Assembly (NCBI GenBank): GCA_964541365.1
Contig: CAZIPJ010000001.1
Span: forward strand, 1 to 57,294
Reading direction: 5' to 3'
Origin: an uncultured Lachnospiraceae bacterium
GTDB lineage: Bacteria > Bacillota > Clostridia > Christensenellales > UBA1242
DNA: 57,294 bases
The notes beneath the pieces were generated by a model that was not told the DNA's origin, did not search any database, and saw only the letters and a list, made by a program, of their open reading frames with translations. Shown here one piece after another: positions 1 to 7,955 of this stretch; the stretch's first letter is position 1, and every line of letters starts with the position of its first letter. The translations under genes and the position numbers were made by a program.

Positions 1-431
1 ACAGTACCACTCTTTGGGTTTGGCATCAAACCTTTTGGTCCAAGGATTTTTGCGATTCTTCCAACAACGCCCATCATATCAGGTGTTGTGATTGCAACGT
101 CAAAATCCAACCATCCACCATTGATTTTTGCAACGATTTCTTCTGCTCCAACGAAGTCAGCGCCAGCTTTTGTAGCTTCATCAGCTTTGTCACCACGAGC
201 GATAACCAAAACTTTAACAGACTTACCTGTTCCGTTTGGAAGTACAACAACGCCACGAACTTGTTGGTCAGCATTTCTTCCATCAACACCAAGTTTCACG
301 TGCAATTCAATTGTTTCGTCAAACTTTGCTGTTGATGTTGCAATAACATTTTCAAGTGCCTTCTTTACGTCGTATGAAGCTGTTCTATCATAACTTTCAA
401 GGCTCTTTACGTATCTTTTTCCTTTATTCAT
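1..431 (-). CDS. rplA: 50S ribosomal protein L1, N-terminal ~143 codons; the 3' end runs off the left edge
   Basis: Hand translation of the minus strand from ATG at 431-429 gives [29 protein letters not shown]...[34 protein letters not shown]...[13 protein letters not shown]. This is a typical L1 sequence and lies directly downstream of rplK. It is missing from the ORF track because no stop falls in the window. Confidence 0.9.
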   Translation of the reverse strand, partial: MNKGKRYVKSLESYDRTASYDVKKALENVIATSTAKFDETIELHVKLGVDGRNADQQVRGVVVLPNGTGKSVKVLVIARGDKADEATKAGADFVGAEEIVAKINGGWLDFDVAITTPDMMGVVGRIAKILGPKGLMPNPKSGT

Positions 432-442
432 AACGCACCTTC

Positions 443-868
443 CTAGTCCACAACTTCCACGCCCATACTTCTTGCAGCGCCAGCAATCATAGACATAGCA
501 CTTTCAATTGAAGAAGCGTTCAAATCAGGCATCTTTGTTTCTGCGATTTTTCTGATTTGTTCTCTTGTGATTTTTCCGACTTTTGTTGAGTTTGGTTTTG
601 CAGAACCTTTTTCAAGACCAATTGCCTTTTTGATAAGGACTGCTGCAGGTGGAGTTTTCAATTCGAATGTGAAACTTCTATCTTCATAGATAGTAATCAC
701 AACTGGAATTACATAACCTGCTTGTGATGCTGTTTTTTCGTTAAATTCTTTAACAAAGCCCCCGATATTGATACCGTGTGGTCCAAGTGAAGAACCTACT
801 GGTGGTCCAGCAGTAGCTTTGCCAGCATCGAGTTGTAATTTAACAACTGCTTTTACTTTTTTTGCCAT
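443..868 (-). CDS. rplK: 50S ribosomal protein L11
   Basis: 141-aa [38 protein letters not shown]... matches L11; GGAGGAAG SD upstream; nusG-rplK-rplA synteny. Confidence 0.97.
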   Translation of the reverse strand: MAKKVKAVVKLQLDAGKATAGPPVGSSLGPHGINIGGFVKEFNEKTASQAGYVIPVVITIYEDRSFTFELKTPPAAVLIKKAIGLEKGSAKPNSTKVGKITREQIRKIAETKMPDLNASSIESAMSMIAGAARSMGVEVVD

Positions 869-1066
869 TTTTTCTTCCTCCTAATGTGGTTTTATTGAAC
901 TTTGGCTAGTTCTCCCACAAAACTAGCAGTTTAATGTCGTGCTGGGGACAAATATTTTGATGGATTTTTTCTAAAATCCACTAAAAACCCACAACTATCA
1001 GTTGTTTTTATGGTTTTTAAATAGAAAACCTGTCCTATTTAACACCCCATAAAAAGTGGCAAGCCA
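869..1066 (-). promoter_or_regulatory. 198-nt nusG-rplK intergenic region; possible rplK-rplA promoter and structured leader
   Basis: Minus strand shows hairpins CAACTGATAGTTG followed by GGGTTTTT, and CTAGTT-TTGTGGGAG-AACTAG (906-926) just upstream of the SD. L1-mediated autoregulation on the L11 leader is known in E. coli; whether this hairpin is such a site is not established here. Confidence 0.25.
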
Positions 1067-1597
1067 CTATTTATTGATTTTTCTAACTTGACCAAATTCA
1101 AGTTCAACATTGTTTTCTCTGCCAAACATCTCAACAGTAACAACAACTTTCTGAGCGTCTGTGTCAACAGAAACAACTGTTCCAACCATTTTGTCAAGTG
1201 CACCTTCAACGATTTCAACTTGGTCACCAACTTCGATATCAGTCTCAACCTTGATTTTTTCAAGTCTGTTTTTAATTACTTCATCTTCTGTAAGTGCCAA
1301 AGGGCGTCCTTTTGGACCAACGAAACCTGTGATTCCACGAGTTCTCGTTACATTGTGCCAAAGGTCATCACCATAAATCATCTTTACAAACAAATAGCAA
1401 GGCATACTTTTTCTTGTAACCAATTTCTTCTTGCCATTCTTCTCTTCAATAACATCTTCTTCTGGGATGATGATATCAAAGATTCTGTCTTGCAAATTAA
1501 ATTTTTCAATAACTGTTTCAAGATTTTCTTTCGCAACATTTTCATATCCTGAGAATGTGTGAAGAACGTACCATTTTGGTTCTCTTGAATGTTCCAT
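1067..1597 (-). CDS. nusG: Transcription termination/antitermination factor NusG
   Basis: 176-aa ORF with NGN and KOW-like sequence (WYVLHTFSGYENVAKENLE...GDQVEIVEGALDKMVGTV); secE-nusG-rplK synteny. Confidence 0.95.
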   Translation of the reverse strand: MEHSREPKWYVLHTFSGYENVAKENLETVIEKFNLQDRIFDIIIPEEDVIEEKNGKKKLVTRKSMPCYLFVKMIYGDDLWHNVTRTRGITGFVGPKGRPLALTEDEVIKNRLEKIKVETDIEVGDQVEIVEGALDKMVGTVVSVDTDAQKVVVTVEMFGRENNVELEFGQVRKINK

Positions 1598-1686
1598 ATT
1601 AAATACCCCTTAATTTTTGATTTTTTTCATAATATGTCTAATTCAGACTGCCAAAAGAGAAACAAGGCAATTTCCGAAAGTTTCTC

Positions 1687-2052
1687 TTAGAGCCATTTGC
1701 CATTGATGAGCAAGTTTACAAGTCCACCAAGCAAATAGTTCACACCATACAAGAACAAACCAAAAATGAGAACGAATGCAATAACAATTCCTGTTTTCTT
1801 GCAAACTTCCCCAAAGCTTGGCCAAGTAACCTTTTTAAGTTCAGAAGCAGTTTCCTTAACTTTTCTGCCGAAGCTTTTGCGTTCTTTCTTTTCTTTCTTC
1901 TTTTTCTTGTTTTTATCTTTATCTTTGGATTTTTCTTGATTTTTTTCTTTTGTCTTCTTTGGCTCTACAACAACGCCTTCGCTGATGTTGTCCTGAGCGT
2001 CAGAGTTCTTTTCTGCAATTTCTGCTTCAAGAGCTTTTTGCTTTTTAGACAT
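1687..2052 (-). CDS. secE: Preprotein translocase subunit SecE with a long Lys/Glu-rich N-terminal extension
   Basis: C-terminal ELKKVTWPS...TGIVIAFVLIFGLFLYGV is a SecE-type TM segment. Start moved to ATG 2052 (GGAGG 5 nt upstream); the track's TTG start at 2064 lies inside that SD. Confidence 0.85.
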   Translation of the reverse strand: MSKKQKALEAEIAEKNSDAQDNISEGVVVEPKKTKEKNQEKSKDKDKNKKKKKEKKERKSFGRKVKETASELKKVTWPSFGEVCKKTGIVIAFVLIFGLFLYGVNYLLGGLVNLLINGKWL

Positions 2053-2069
2053 ATTATCCTCCAAAATCT

Positions 2070-2231
2070 TTATTTAGTTTCTTTATGTTTTGTACGTTTG
2101 TTGCATCTTGGACAAAACTTGTTGATTTCAATTCTTTCTGAATTGTTTGATGTATTTTTTTCACTTGAATAGTTTCTTTCTTTACATTCAGTACATTCCA
2201 GAGTAATGATTTTACGTTTTGGTGCTGCCAT
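2070..2231 (-). CDS. rpmG: 50S ribosomal protein L33
   Basis: [53 protein letters not shown]; AGGAGA SD upstream of ATG 2231. The 20-codon upstream extension in the track is rejected. Confidence 0.9.
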   Translation of the reverse strand: MAAPKRKIITLECTECKERNYSSEKNTSNNSERIEINKFCPRCNKRTKHKETK

Positions 2232-2281
2232 TATTTTATCTCCTAACAAAAAAACTAACACCCTTTGAAAGTGTCTAGATA

Positions 2282-2310
2282 AATATACCACACAAGGTTC
2301 TTTAAGTCAA
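2282..2310 (-). promoter_or_regulatory. Putative sigma-A promoter of the rpmG-secE-nusG operon
   Basis: Minus strand TTGACT (2310-2305), 17 nt, TATATT (2287-2282), about 50 nt upstream of rpmG. Confidence 0.45.
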
Positions 2311-2432
2311 GTGTTTTGCGGAAAAGTTCAAGAATATTTTTAGCACCAACAGAACATCCATCCCCGCGTAAAATAAAAAAGACAGTCTTTGTGCGGCAGT
2401 CTTTTCACTCCACGGCGACCATCTATACCCTG

Positions 2433-2461
2433 ATTATAAAATTGCCAAAGAAAAATGTCAA
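2433..2461 (-). promoter_or_regulatory. Second, upstream consensus-like promoter
   Basis: Minus strand TTGACA (2461-2456), 17 nt, TATAAT (2438-2433). No ORF follows for about 190 nt. Confidence 0.4.
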
Positions 2462-2469
2462 CAGCAGAA

Positions 2470-2499
2470 CAAAAAAACTGCAACTATTTTGCAGTTTTT
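2470..2499 (-). terminator. Bidirectional intrinsic terminator after the HicB-like gene
   Basis: ACTGCAA-CTATT-TTGCAGT hairpin (2477-2495) flanked by an A7 run and a T run. Confidence 0.6.
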
Positions 2500-2509
2500 G
2501 TCTTTTAAA

Positions 2510-2779
2510 CTAATTTACATATGCGTCAACAAGAAGTGCAGTTTCGTTTGCTTTGCATTTCTTTGCAAGCACTTCAAGCTTTGTTGGATTGTTGTATTCA
2601 ACTTCGTATTTATGTACATACGAAAAATAAACACGCAAAAGTTCTTTTGCAGCAAGATATGCTTCGGACAAATTATTTCCATCAGTATAAATGTCTAAAT
2701 CTGGAAAAATAACTTGATAAGCGCCTTCTTCATCTTTAACAAAAATGGCAGGATAAAGGTATTGACTAAACTTTTCCAT
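2510..2779 (-). CDS. HicB-like (UPF0150 family) antitoxin-domain protein, no adjacent HicA
   Basis: YPAIFVKDEEGAYQVIFPDLDIYTDGNNLSEAYLAAKELL resembles the HicB N-terminal fold consensus as I remember it; GGAGA SD. Confidence 0.55.
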   Translation of the reverse strand: MEKFSQYLYPAIFVKDEEGAYQVIFPDLDIYTDGNNLSEAYLAAKELLRVYFSYVHKYEVEYNNPTKLEVLAKKCKANETALLVDAYVN

Positions 2780-2850
2780 TACAAAATCTCCAAAAATCCA
2801 TTATTTATATGATTATGATATCACATAAAATATTATTTTCAAAATGATTT

Positions 2851-2882
2851 AAAAAAAATCGCGAAATTTTCTCGCGATTTTT
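2851..2882 (-). terminator. Intrinsic terminator (bidirectional hairpin)
   Basis: ATCGCGA-AATTTTC-TCGCGAT (2858-2878) flanked by an A run and a T run, immediately after the stop at 2885. Confidence 0.7.
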
Positions 2883-2884
2883 AA

Positions 2885-3244
2885 TTAGCATCTGTTCATT
2901 CCTATTCCACTTGCTTTGAATTTGGTTGCTGTTGGTGTTGTTCTACCTGAGACATCTCTATATTTTTCTGGAACACCAGCAGTTGTGTTTTTAGAACCTT
3001 TCACTTCTCCAATTTCAGCTTTACAATTCAACCCGTCAATACTGAGCTTTCCATCTTCAACTTTAACAGTTGTTGAAGGCTTTGCGTGAATATTTGCTGC
3101 TTCGTGGTCAATTTTCATTAAACCTTCAACCACGCTATTGTGGAATCCCAAACTAACTCTAAATTCAGTTCTATATGGTCCGTGTGGTGTATTGCAGTCA
3201 ACACTCAATACAGAAACATTAGAATCACTTTTTAATTTTCCCAT
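2885..3244 (-). CDS. Hypothetical 119-aa protein (MGKLKSDSNVSVLSVDCNTPHGPY...ASGIGMNRC)
   Basis: ATG 3244 preceded by GGAGG; dedicated promoter and terminator. The track's upstream extension to 3382 runs through that promoter. No family recognised. Confidence 0.6.
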   Translation of the reverse strand: MGKLKSDSNVSVLSVDCNTPHGPYRTEFRVSLGFHNSVVEGLMKIDHEAANIHAKPSTTVKVEDGKLSIDGLNCKAEIGEVKGSKNTTAGVPEKYRDVSGRTTPTATKFKASGIGMNRC

Positions 3245-3283
3245 ATGTTTATACCTCCGTCGGTTTCGTTTCTCTATGCCCCT

Positions 3284-3312
3284 ATAATAGCACAAAACTT
3301 TCCGTTTGTAAA
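3284..3312 (-). promoter_or_regulatory. Promoter module copy 1 (TTTACA-17-TATTAT with A/T-rich UP-like element)
   Basis: Minus strand TTTTTTAAAAAGGGTATTTACAAACGGAAAGTTTTGTGCTATTATAGG. Nearly the same ~45 nt recur on the plus strand at 14811-14858. Confidence 0.5.
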
Positions 3313-3403
3313 TACCCTTTTTAAAAAAAGTTTGAAAGAATTTTAGGGATGAATCCCCTTCTATAACACACGGCATTTGCAATCGCTAAAAAGAGCCACA
3401 GGC

Positions 3404-3948
3404 TCACATCTTTTCAACAGCTTCAATGCCAAGAGTGTCAAGAGCTTTTTCAAGACAACGCTTAACGAGTGCACAAATTGCAAGCATATTTTTCTTTCTT
3501 TCAACATTAGTTTCTGAAAGTATCTTGCGATTGTTGTAGAATGTTGAAAATGCACTTGCCAAATCAAAAGTTGCAAGACAAAGACTGTTGAGCGAATAGC
3601 TGTCATAGCAAACAACATAAGAAGAGTTAAGTTTCAAAATTGAAAGCACAATATTTCTTTCTTCTTCCGTGCAGACATCAATCACTCCCACCTTCTCATT
3701 TGCTTTTGCCAAAATCGAATTGATACGCGCGATTGTATATTGAATGTAAGGACCAGTCTTTCCATCAAATGCCAAAAACTTGTCAATATCAAAAACATAA
3801 TCTTTTGCGACTGTGTTTGAAAGGTCTCCGAATTTCATTGCCGCAACACCAATTTTTCTTGCAAGCTCTCTGTCACCCACAATGCCATTTTCTGCAAGTT
3901 TCTTTTCTGCACTTTCCACAAGCATATTCACAACATCTTTATATTTGT
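3404..3948 (-). CDS. argS: Arginine--tRNA ligase, C-terminal fragment (anticodon-binding region), in the -1 frame relative to the N-terminal fragment
   Basis: YKDVVNMLVESAEKKL...FGDLSNTVAKDYVFDIDKFLAFDGKTGPYIQYTIARINSIL...VEKM matches the ArgS C-terminus (DALR-type domain ending in M). It continues the upstream fragment only after a 1-nt frame change near 3937-3948. Confidence 0.85.
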
Positions 3949-5166
3949 CTTGAAAGGTTTTCCATCGCTTCCATTCATCGTTCCAAAAGCAACGTGCACA
4001 AGCTTTTGATTCTCCGGAGAGATACCAGCAAGTTTTGAGCATCTAAACACCTGCTCAAAATGCCCAGCTTGACGATTGTCAGTCACATAAACAATTTCGT
4101 GTGGTTTGAAAGTTCTGTTTCTCATCAGAATTGACGCAATGTCAGTTGTTGCATACAAGTCTCCACCATTGTATTTCCTGATGATTGCTGGTGGCATAGG
4201 ATTTTTGTATCTCTGTGGTTCGTCTGCACTCTTCTTAGGGATTGGAATATGTTCTCCTTCTTTTGCAATATCCACAACAAGCGCACCTTCACTCTCTCTT
4301 GCCAAGCCTTTGTCAACAAAGATTTGAATTGTCTCATCAATATATGGATAAGCATCACTTTCACCGAGATAGAAATTGAATGTGGTGTTGAGAAGTTCGT
4401 AATTTTTCTTAATTTCAGCAATTGAAAGTTTTCTTATCTTATTATAAATGGAAAAGTAAGGTTCTTTATGTTGTTGAATATAAAGTGTGTATTCGTCAGC
4501 ACGTTTTTTGAAATCTTCATCCACATCTTTGCGCTTGCTTGCCTTTGGATATTCTTCGTTCAAAAGGTCGAGTGTGACATTTTCAAGTGCGATATTATCA
4601 TAATTTTGAACAATGTTCTTAAAAAACTTATCAAGATAGCCATCTTCTTTAAGTTGCAAAATTGTAAGCCCCATTTGAAGTCCATAATCCCCCAAATGCA
4701 CATCGGAAACAGTCTTGTCTCCCATAGCGATATGTAGCCTTTTGAGTGCTTCACCGACAATTGGAGAACGCAAATGTCCCACGTGCAATTCTTTTGCAAC
4801 ATTCGCACCGCCATAATCAAACATAATAAGTCTTGGACTTCTTTGTGGAACGCCAAGATTGCTATCTTGCGAAACAAGATTTGCATAGTTTGACAAGCCT
4901 TTGTTTTTCATTTTTACATTTATAAACCCAGGATTTACAGCAGAAAATTCAAAGATGTCATCTTTATCTATATTTTCAACAAGCTTATTTGCCACATCAA
5001 CAGGATTTTTACCCATTGTCTTTGCAAGAATAAGAGCAATGTTTGATTGAAAATCACAAAGCTCTGGTCTGTTTGAAAAAGAGACAGAAATGTTTTCACT
5101 TCCAGTATACCCTGCTCTTGTCAGGCTCATTGCCAATCTTTGATAAATTTTAAGTTTAATATCCAT
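3928..5166 (-). CDS. argS: Arginine--tRNA ligase, N-terminal and catalytic fragment, ends prematurely at TGA 3930-3928
   Basis: MDIKLKIYQRL...ANVAKELHVGHLRS (HIGH-type motif)...VTDNRQAGHFEQVF...GSDGKPFKT; GGAGAG SD before ATG 5166. Confidence 0.9.
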   Translation of the reverse strand: MDIKLKIYQRLAMSLTRAGYTGSENISVSFSNRPELCDFQSNIALILAKTMGKNPVDVANKLVENIDKDDIFEFSAVNPGFINVKMKNKGLSNYANLVSQDSNLGVPQRSPRLIMFDYGGANVAKELHVGHLRSPIVGEALKRLHIAMGDKTVSDVHLGDYGLQMGLTILQLKEDGYLDKFFKNIVQNYDNIALENVTLDLLNEEYPKASKRKDVDEDFKKRADEYTLYIQQHKEPYFSIYNKIRKLSIAEIKKNYELLNTTFNFYLGESDAYPYIDETIQIFVDKGLARESEGALVVDIAKEGEHIPIPKKSADEPQRYKNPMPPAIIRKYNGGDLYATTDIASILMRNRTFKPHEIVYVTDNRQAGHFEQVFRCSKLAGISPENQKLVHVAFGTMNGSDGKPFKTNIKML

Positions 5167-5344
5167 ATTTTCTCTCCAATATATTGCCAGTATAACAGAA
5201 CAAAAAAAAATAATCAACAAAATTGAAAGTGCAAAATTTTCAAATATAAGCTTTAAAATGTTTATTCGTTTTCTAAAACATTTTAAAACCACATATTGAC
5301 AAATTTACCGCCCTGCGATATAATTAGTAAAAGGAGAAAATAAA

Positions 5345-6076
5345 ATGGCAGAGATTAAATTGATGGTGTATCCAGTCAGCGAAATTGAACAAAAAGGAAT
5401 TCTTAAAAAATTCCCTGCTTATGCAAGTGCAAAGCTTTCTGAAAGAGCACAAAAAGAAGGTTGTTGGAAAAATGCTACTTATGGAACTGGTTGGTATTTC
5501 ACTAGAAGCGCACTTATGGATTCTTCACCACGTGTGTTGTGCGGTTTTGATGACGGTGACCTTCTCTACCGCCACAATTATTGTGACCACGGCAGTGTAC
5601 GAATCGCTTTACAAATAATCTACAATCCAGAATCTAACGTTGTAAAAAGTTGCGAAATGAAAACTAAAACAGAATTAATTTTTAACAGAGATAGCGCACA
5701 AATGGAAAAAGTAACAACCACAGCACCGATTGTTGTCTTTGGAAAGAAAGAATATGTTTGGCTTAATAAAGAAGAGTGCGAAAATGGTACAGCAAAAACA
5801 ATGGAACTTGTTAGCGTGAAGTTACTTGCAAGAAGCGTTCCATTTGACAAAGATGGGAAAAGTACCGATTTTGCAAAAGCTGTTGAACTTCAAAAACAAT
5901 ATTTTGATGTAGCGACAGAAAATTGCACAGAAGAAGAGTTGGAAATGCTTGTGCCAGTGGTTATGAATGACAAAGACAACTACAACAGTGCAACACCAAT
6001 CCTTGAAACAGAAAAGAAAACAAACACCACCCCTTCGTCAAACAAAGTTGCTGACAAAGACAAAGGCGGAAAATGA
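5345..6076 (+). CDS. Hypothetical 243-aa protein, tandem paralog 1; C-terminal tail ...NKVADKDKGGK
   Basis: AAGGAGAA SD; TTGACA-17-TATAAT promoter at about 5296-5324. WYFTRS...GSVRIAL and FGKKEYVWLN segments weakly resemble the WWLRS-type domain common in Firmicutes surface and accessory proteins (from memory, unverified). No signal peptide. Confidence 0.75.
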   Translation: MAEIKLMVYPVSEIEQKGILKKFPAYASAKLSERAQKEGCWKNATYGTGWYFTRSALMDSSPRVLCGFDDGDLLYRHNYCDHGSVRIALQIIYNPESNVVKSCEMKTKTELIFNRDSAQMEKVTTTAPIVVFGKKEYVWLNKEECENGTAKTMELVSVKLLARSVPFDKDGKSTDFAKAVELQKQYFDVATENCTEEELEMLVPVVMNDKDNYNSATPILETEKKTNTTPSSNKVADKDKGGK

Positions 6077-6077
6077 T

Positions 6078-6806
6078 ATGGCAGAAATCCAATTAAAAGT
6101 ATATCCAATAAGCATTATGCAAGTAAGAAAACTTAGGGAAAAGCACCCTACTTTTGCAGGTGCAGATGTTTCTATCAGAGCAGAAAGAGAAGGAGTTACA
6201 AGAACTTGGTATCGTTACAGTTCTTTTTACACCAGAAATGCGTATAAAAATTCTCCGTATTATGTAACTATTGGAACTCTTGACGGCAAACTCCACGAAG
6301 CAACCACTACGCAAAGTGACAACGGCCTAAGACTCTCTTTACATATAGTTTACAATGCAGAGTCCGACATTGTTAAAAATCACAAGCAATTAAGCAAAAA
6401 AGCAATAGTTTGGAATAAAAGAACAGGAAAGGGCGAACCTGTAACCAGCACAGCACCAGTTGTTGTATATGGGAAAAAAGAATATATTTGGCTTAATATG
6501 GAAGAATGCGAAATCGACAAAGCCAAGACAATGGAACTTGTAAGCGTGAAATTGCTTGCAAAAAGTGCACCTTTTAACCGAGATACAAACAGCAGTGATT
6601 TTGCAAATGCCGTTGAGCTGCAAAAACAATGCTTTGATGTTGCGACAGAAAATTGCACAGAAGAAGAGTTGTCAATGCTTGTGCCAGTGGTTATGAGCGA
6701 CAAAGACAATTACAACACTGCAACTCCAATCTTTGAAACAGAAAAGAAAACAAATACCACCCCTTCGTCAAACAAAGTTGCTGACAAAGACAAAGGTGGA
6801 AAATAA
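6078..6806 (+). CDS. Hypothetical 242-aa protein, tandem paralog 2; identical C-terminal tail
   Basis: ATG 6078 lies 1 nt after the paralog-1 stop. MAEIQLKVYPIS parallels MAEIKLMVYPVS of paralog 1. The track's start at 5967 is an out-of-frame overlap artefact. Confidence 0.75.
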   Translation: MAEIQLKVYPISIMQVRKLREKHPTFAGADVSIRAEREGVTRTWYRYSSFYTRNAYKNSPYYVTIGTLDGKLHEATTTQSDNGLRLSLHIVYNAESDIVKNHKQLSKKAIVWNKRTGKGEPVTSTAPVVVYGKKEYIWLNMEECEIDKAKTMELVSVKLLAKSAPFNRDTNSSDFANAVELQKQCFDVATENCTEEELSMLVPVVMSDKDNYNTATPIFETEKKTNTTPSSNKVADKDKGGK

Positions 6807-6816
6807 TACAAAAAAG

Positions 6817-6840
6817 AAGACCTACTTAGGTCTTTTTTTA
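6817..6840 (+). terminator. Intrinsic terminator of the paralog pair
   Basis: AAGACCTA..TAGGTCTT stem followed by T7. Confidence 0.7.
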
Positions 6841-6917
6841 TTGCACTTTATGCAGCTTATATAGTTAAATCAAACAGAAAGTGTCGCCGACACAAAAATA
6901 AAAAGAGCCAATGGCTC

Positions 6918-7511
6918 TTAAATTTCTTGTCTTGCGCGAAGTGCTTTTTCAAGAGTTATTTCATCAGCAAATTCAATGTCACTGCCCATTGAAATCCCTT
7001 GCGCAAGGCGTGTAACCTTGACCCCAAGCGGTTTAAGCACTTTTGCAATGTACATTGCGGTCGCTTCCCCTTCAACATCTGGGTTTGTCGCCATAATCAC
7101 TTCTTCCACTTTGTTTTTGCTTACACGAGAGAGAAGCTCTTTGATTCTTATGTCATTTGGTCCTTTGTTTTCAAGCGGATTGATACATCCAAACAAAACG
7201 TGATAAACTCCATCAAAACTTTTAATTTTTTCCATTGAAACAATATCTTTTGGCTCTTGCACAACACAGACAAGCTTTTGATTTCTTGTCCTGCAAATTG
7301 GGCAAATTTCGCTTGCAGAGTAATTTCCGCACTCACTGCAAAGCTTAACCTTTTCTTTTACTTCAACCATCGCCTTGGCAAAATTTTGCGCCTTTTCTTT
7401 GCTGTTTTCAAGAATATAAAAAGCATAGCGTTGTGCAGTTTTCTTGCCAACGCCTGGAAGTGCCCTAAAATATTCAATCAATCTTTCAATTGGTTCTTCA
7501 AATTCGCTCAT
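6918..7511 (-). CDS. recR: Recombination protein RecR
   Basis: LPGVGKKTAQRYAF helix-hairpin-helix, C4 zinc finger (CSECGNYS...CPIC) and Toprim region; dnaX-ybaB-recR synteny. Hairpin AGAGCC-AA-TGGCTCT overlaps the stop. Confidence 0.95.
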   Translation of the reverse strand: MSEFEEPIERLIEYFRALPGVGKKTAQRYAFYILENSKEKAQNFAKAMVEVKEKVKLCSECGNYSASEICPICRTRNQKLVCVVQEPKDIVSMEKIKSFDGVYHVLFGCINPLENKGPNDIRIKELLSRVSKNKVEEVIMATNPDVEGEATAMYIAKVLKPLGVKVTRLAQGISMGSDIEFADEITLEKALRARQEI

Positions 7512-7619
7512 ATCTTTCTACCATTCTTTTTTTGCCGAGAAATTTCTCAAAAAATACACTTTTCAACAATAAATCCCAATAGCAAAGCCACTGCCAGCCA
7601 ACCAAATATGGACATTTTC

Positions 7620-7937
7620 TTACATACCCAAGTTTGGAAGTTTATTTTTCTCATCTTGTGCGATTTTGTTTAAAGCATCTCCAATGGCAGAAGCAACCAA
7701 ATCTTCAAGCATTTCAACATCATCCGGGTCAACAACTTCTGGCTTAATTTTTACACCCTTGACTGTTTTATTTCCATACAGTGTAACTTCAACCATTCCA
7801 CCACCAACTGATGATGTGTATTCTGTGCCGTCAATCTCTTCACGAATGCGTTTCATATCTTCTTGCATCTTTTGTGCTTGGCGCATAAGTGCCTGCATAT
7901 TGTTTCCACCGCCAAATCCACCAAATCCGTATCCCAT
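7620..7937 (-). CDS. ybaB: Nucleoid-associated protein YbaB/EbfC
   Basis: 105-aa ORF NMQALMRQAQKMQEDMKRIREEI...GGGMVEVTLYGNKTVKGVKI matches YbaB. Confidence 0.92.
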   Translation of the reverse strand: MGYGFGGFGGGNNMQALMRQAQKMQEDMKRIREEIDGTEYTSSVGGGMVEVTLYGNKTVKGVKIKPEVVDPDDVEMLEDLVASAIGDALNKIAQDEKNKLPNLGM

Positions 7938-7955
7938 AATAATCTCCTTGTTATT

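Noticed and set aside
74-393. Track ORFs 74-292 (-) and 88-393 (+)
   Set aside because: Both overlap the third minus-strand frame, which translates into an unmistakable L1 (rplA) sequence starting at 431. The listed ORFs have no recognisable similarity and are alternative-frame artefacts.
1088-1552. 154-aa plus-strand ORF antisense to nusG (and 1161-1376)
   Set aside because: It lies entirely inside and antisense to a well-supported NusG CDS. The sequence is low-complexity and Phe/Asn/Ile-rich, typical of AT-rich antisense frames.
2232-2291. 20-codon extension of rpmG; similar extensions of hup (13161-13196), the flippase (14731-14793), argS (5167-5292), rplI (17264-17443) and the 119-aa gene (3245-3382)
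   Set aside because: In each case an internal ATG with a proper GGAGG/GGGGG SD gives the canonical N-terminus, and the extension runs through promoter or intergenic sequence.
5967-6077. N-terminal extension of paralog 2 (track start 5967)
   Set aside because: It would overlap the last 110 nt of paralog 1 in another frame. The homologous MAEI start at 6078 aligns with the paralog 1 start.
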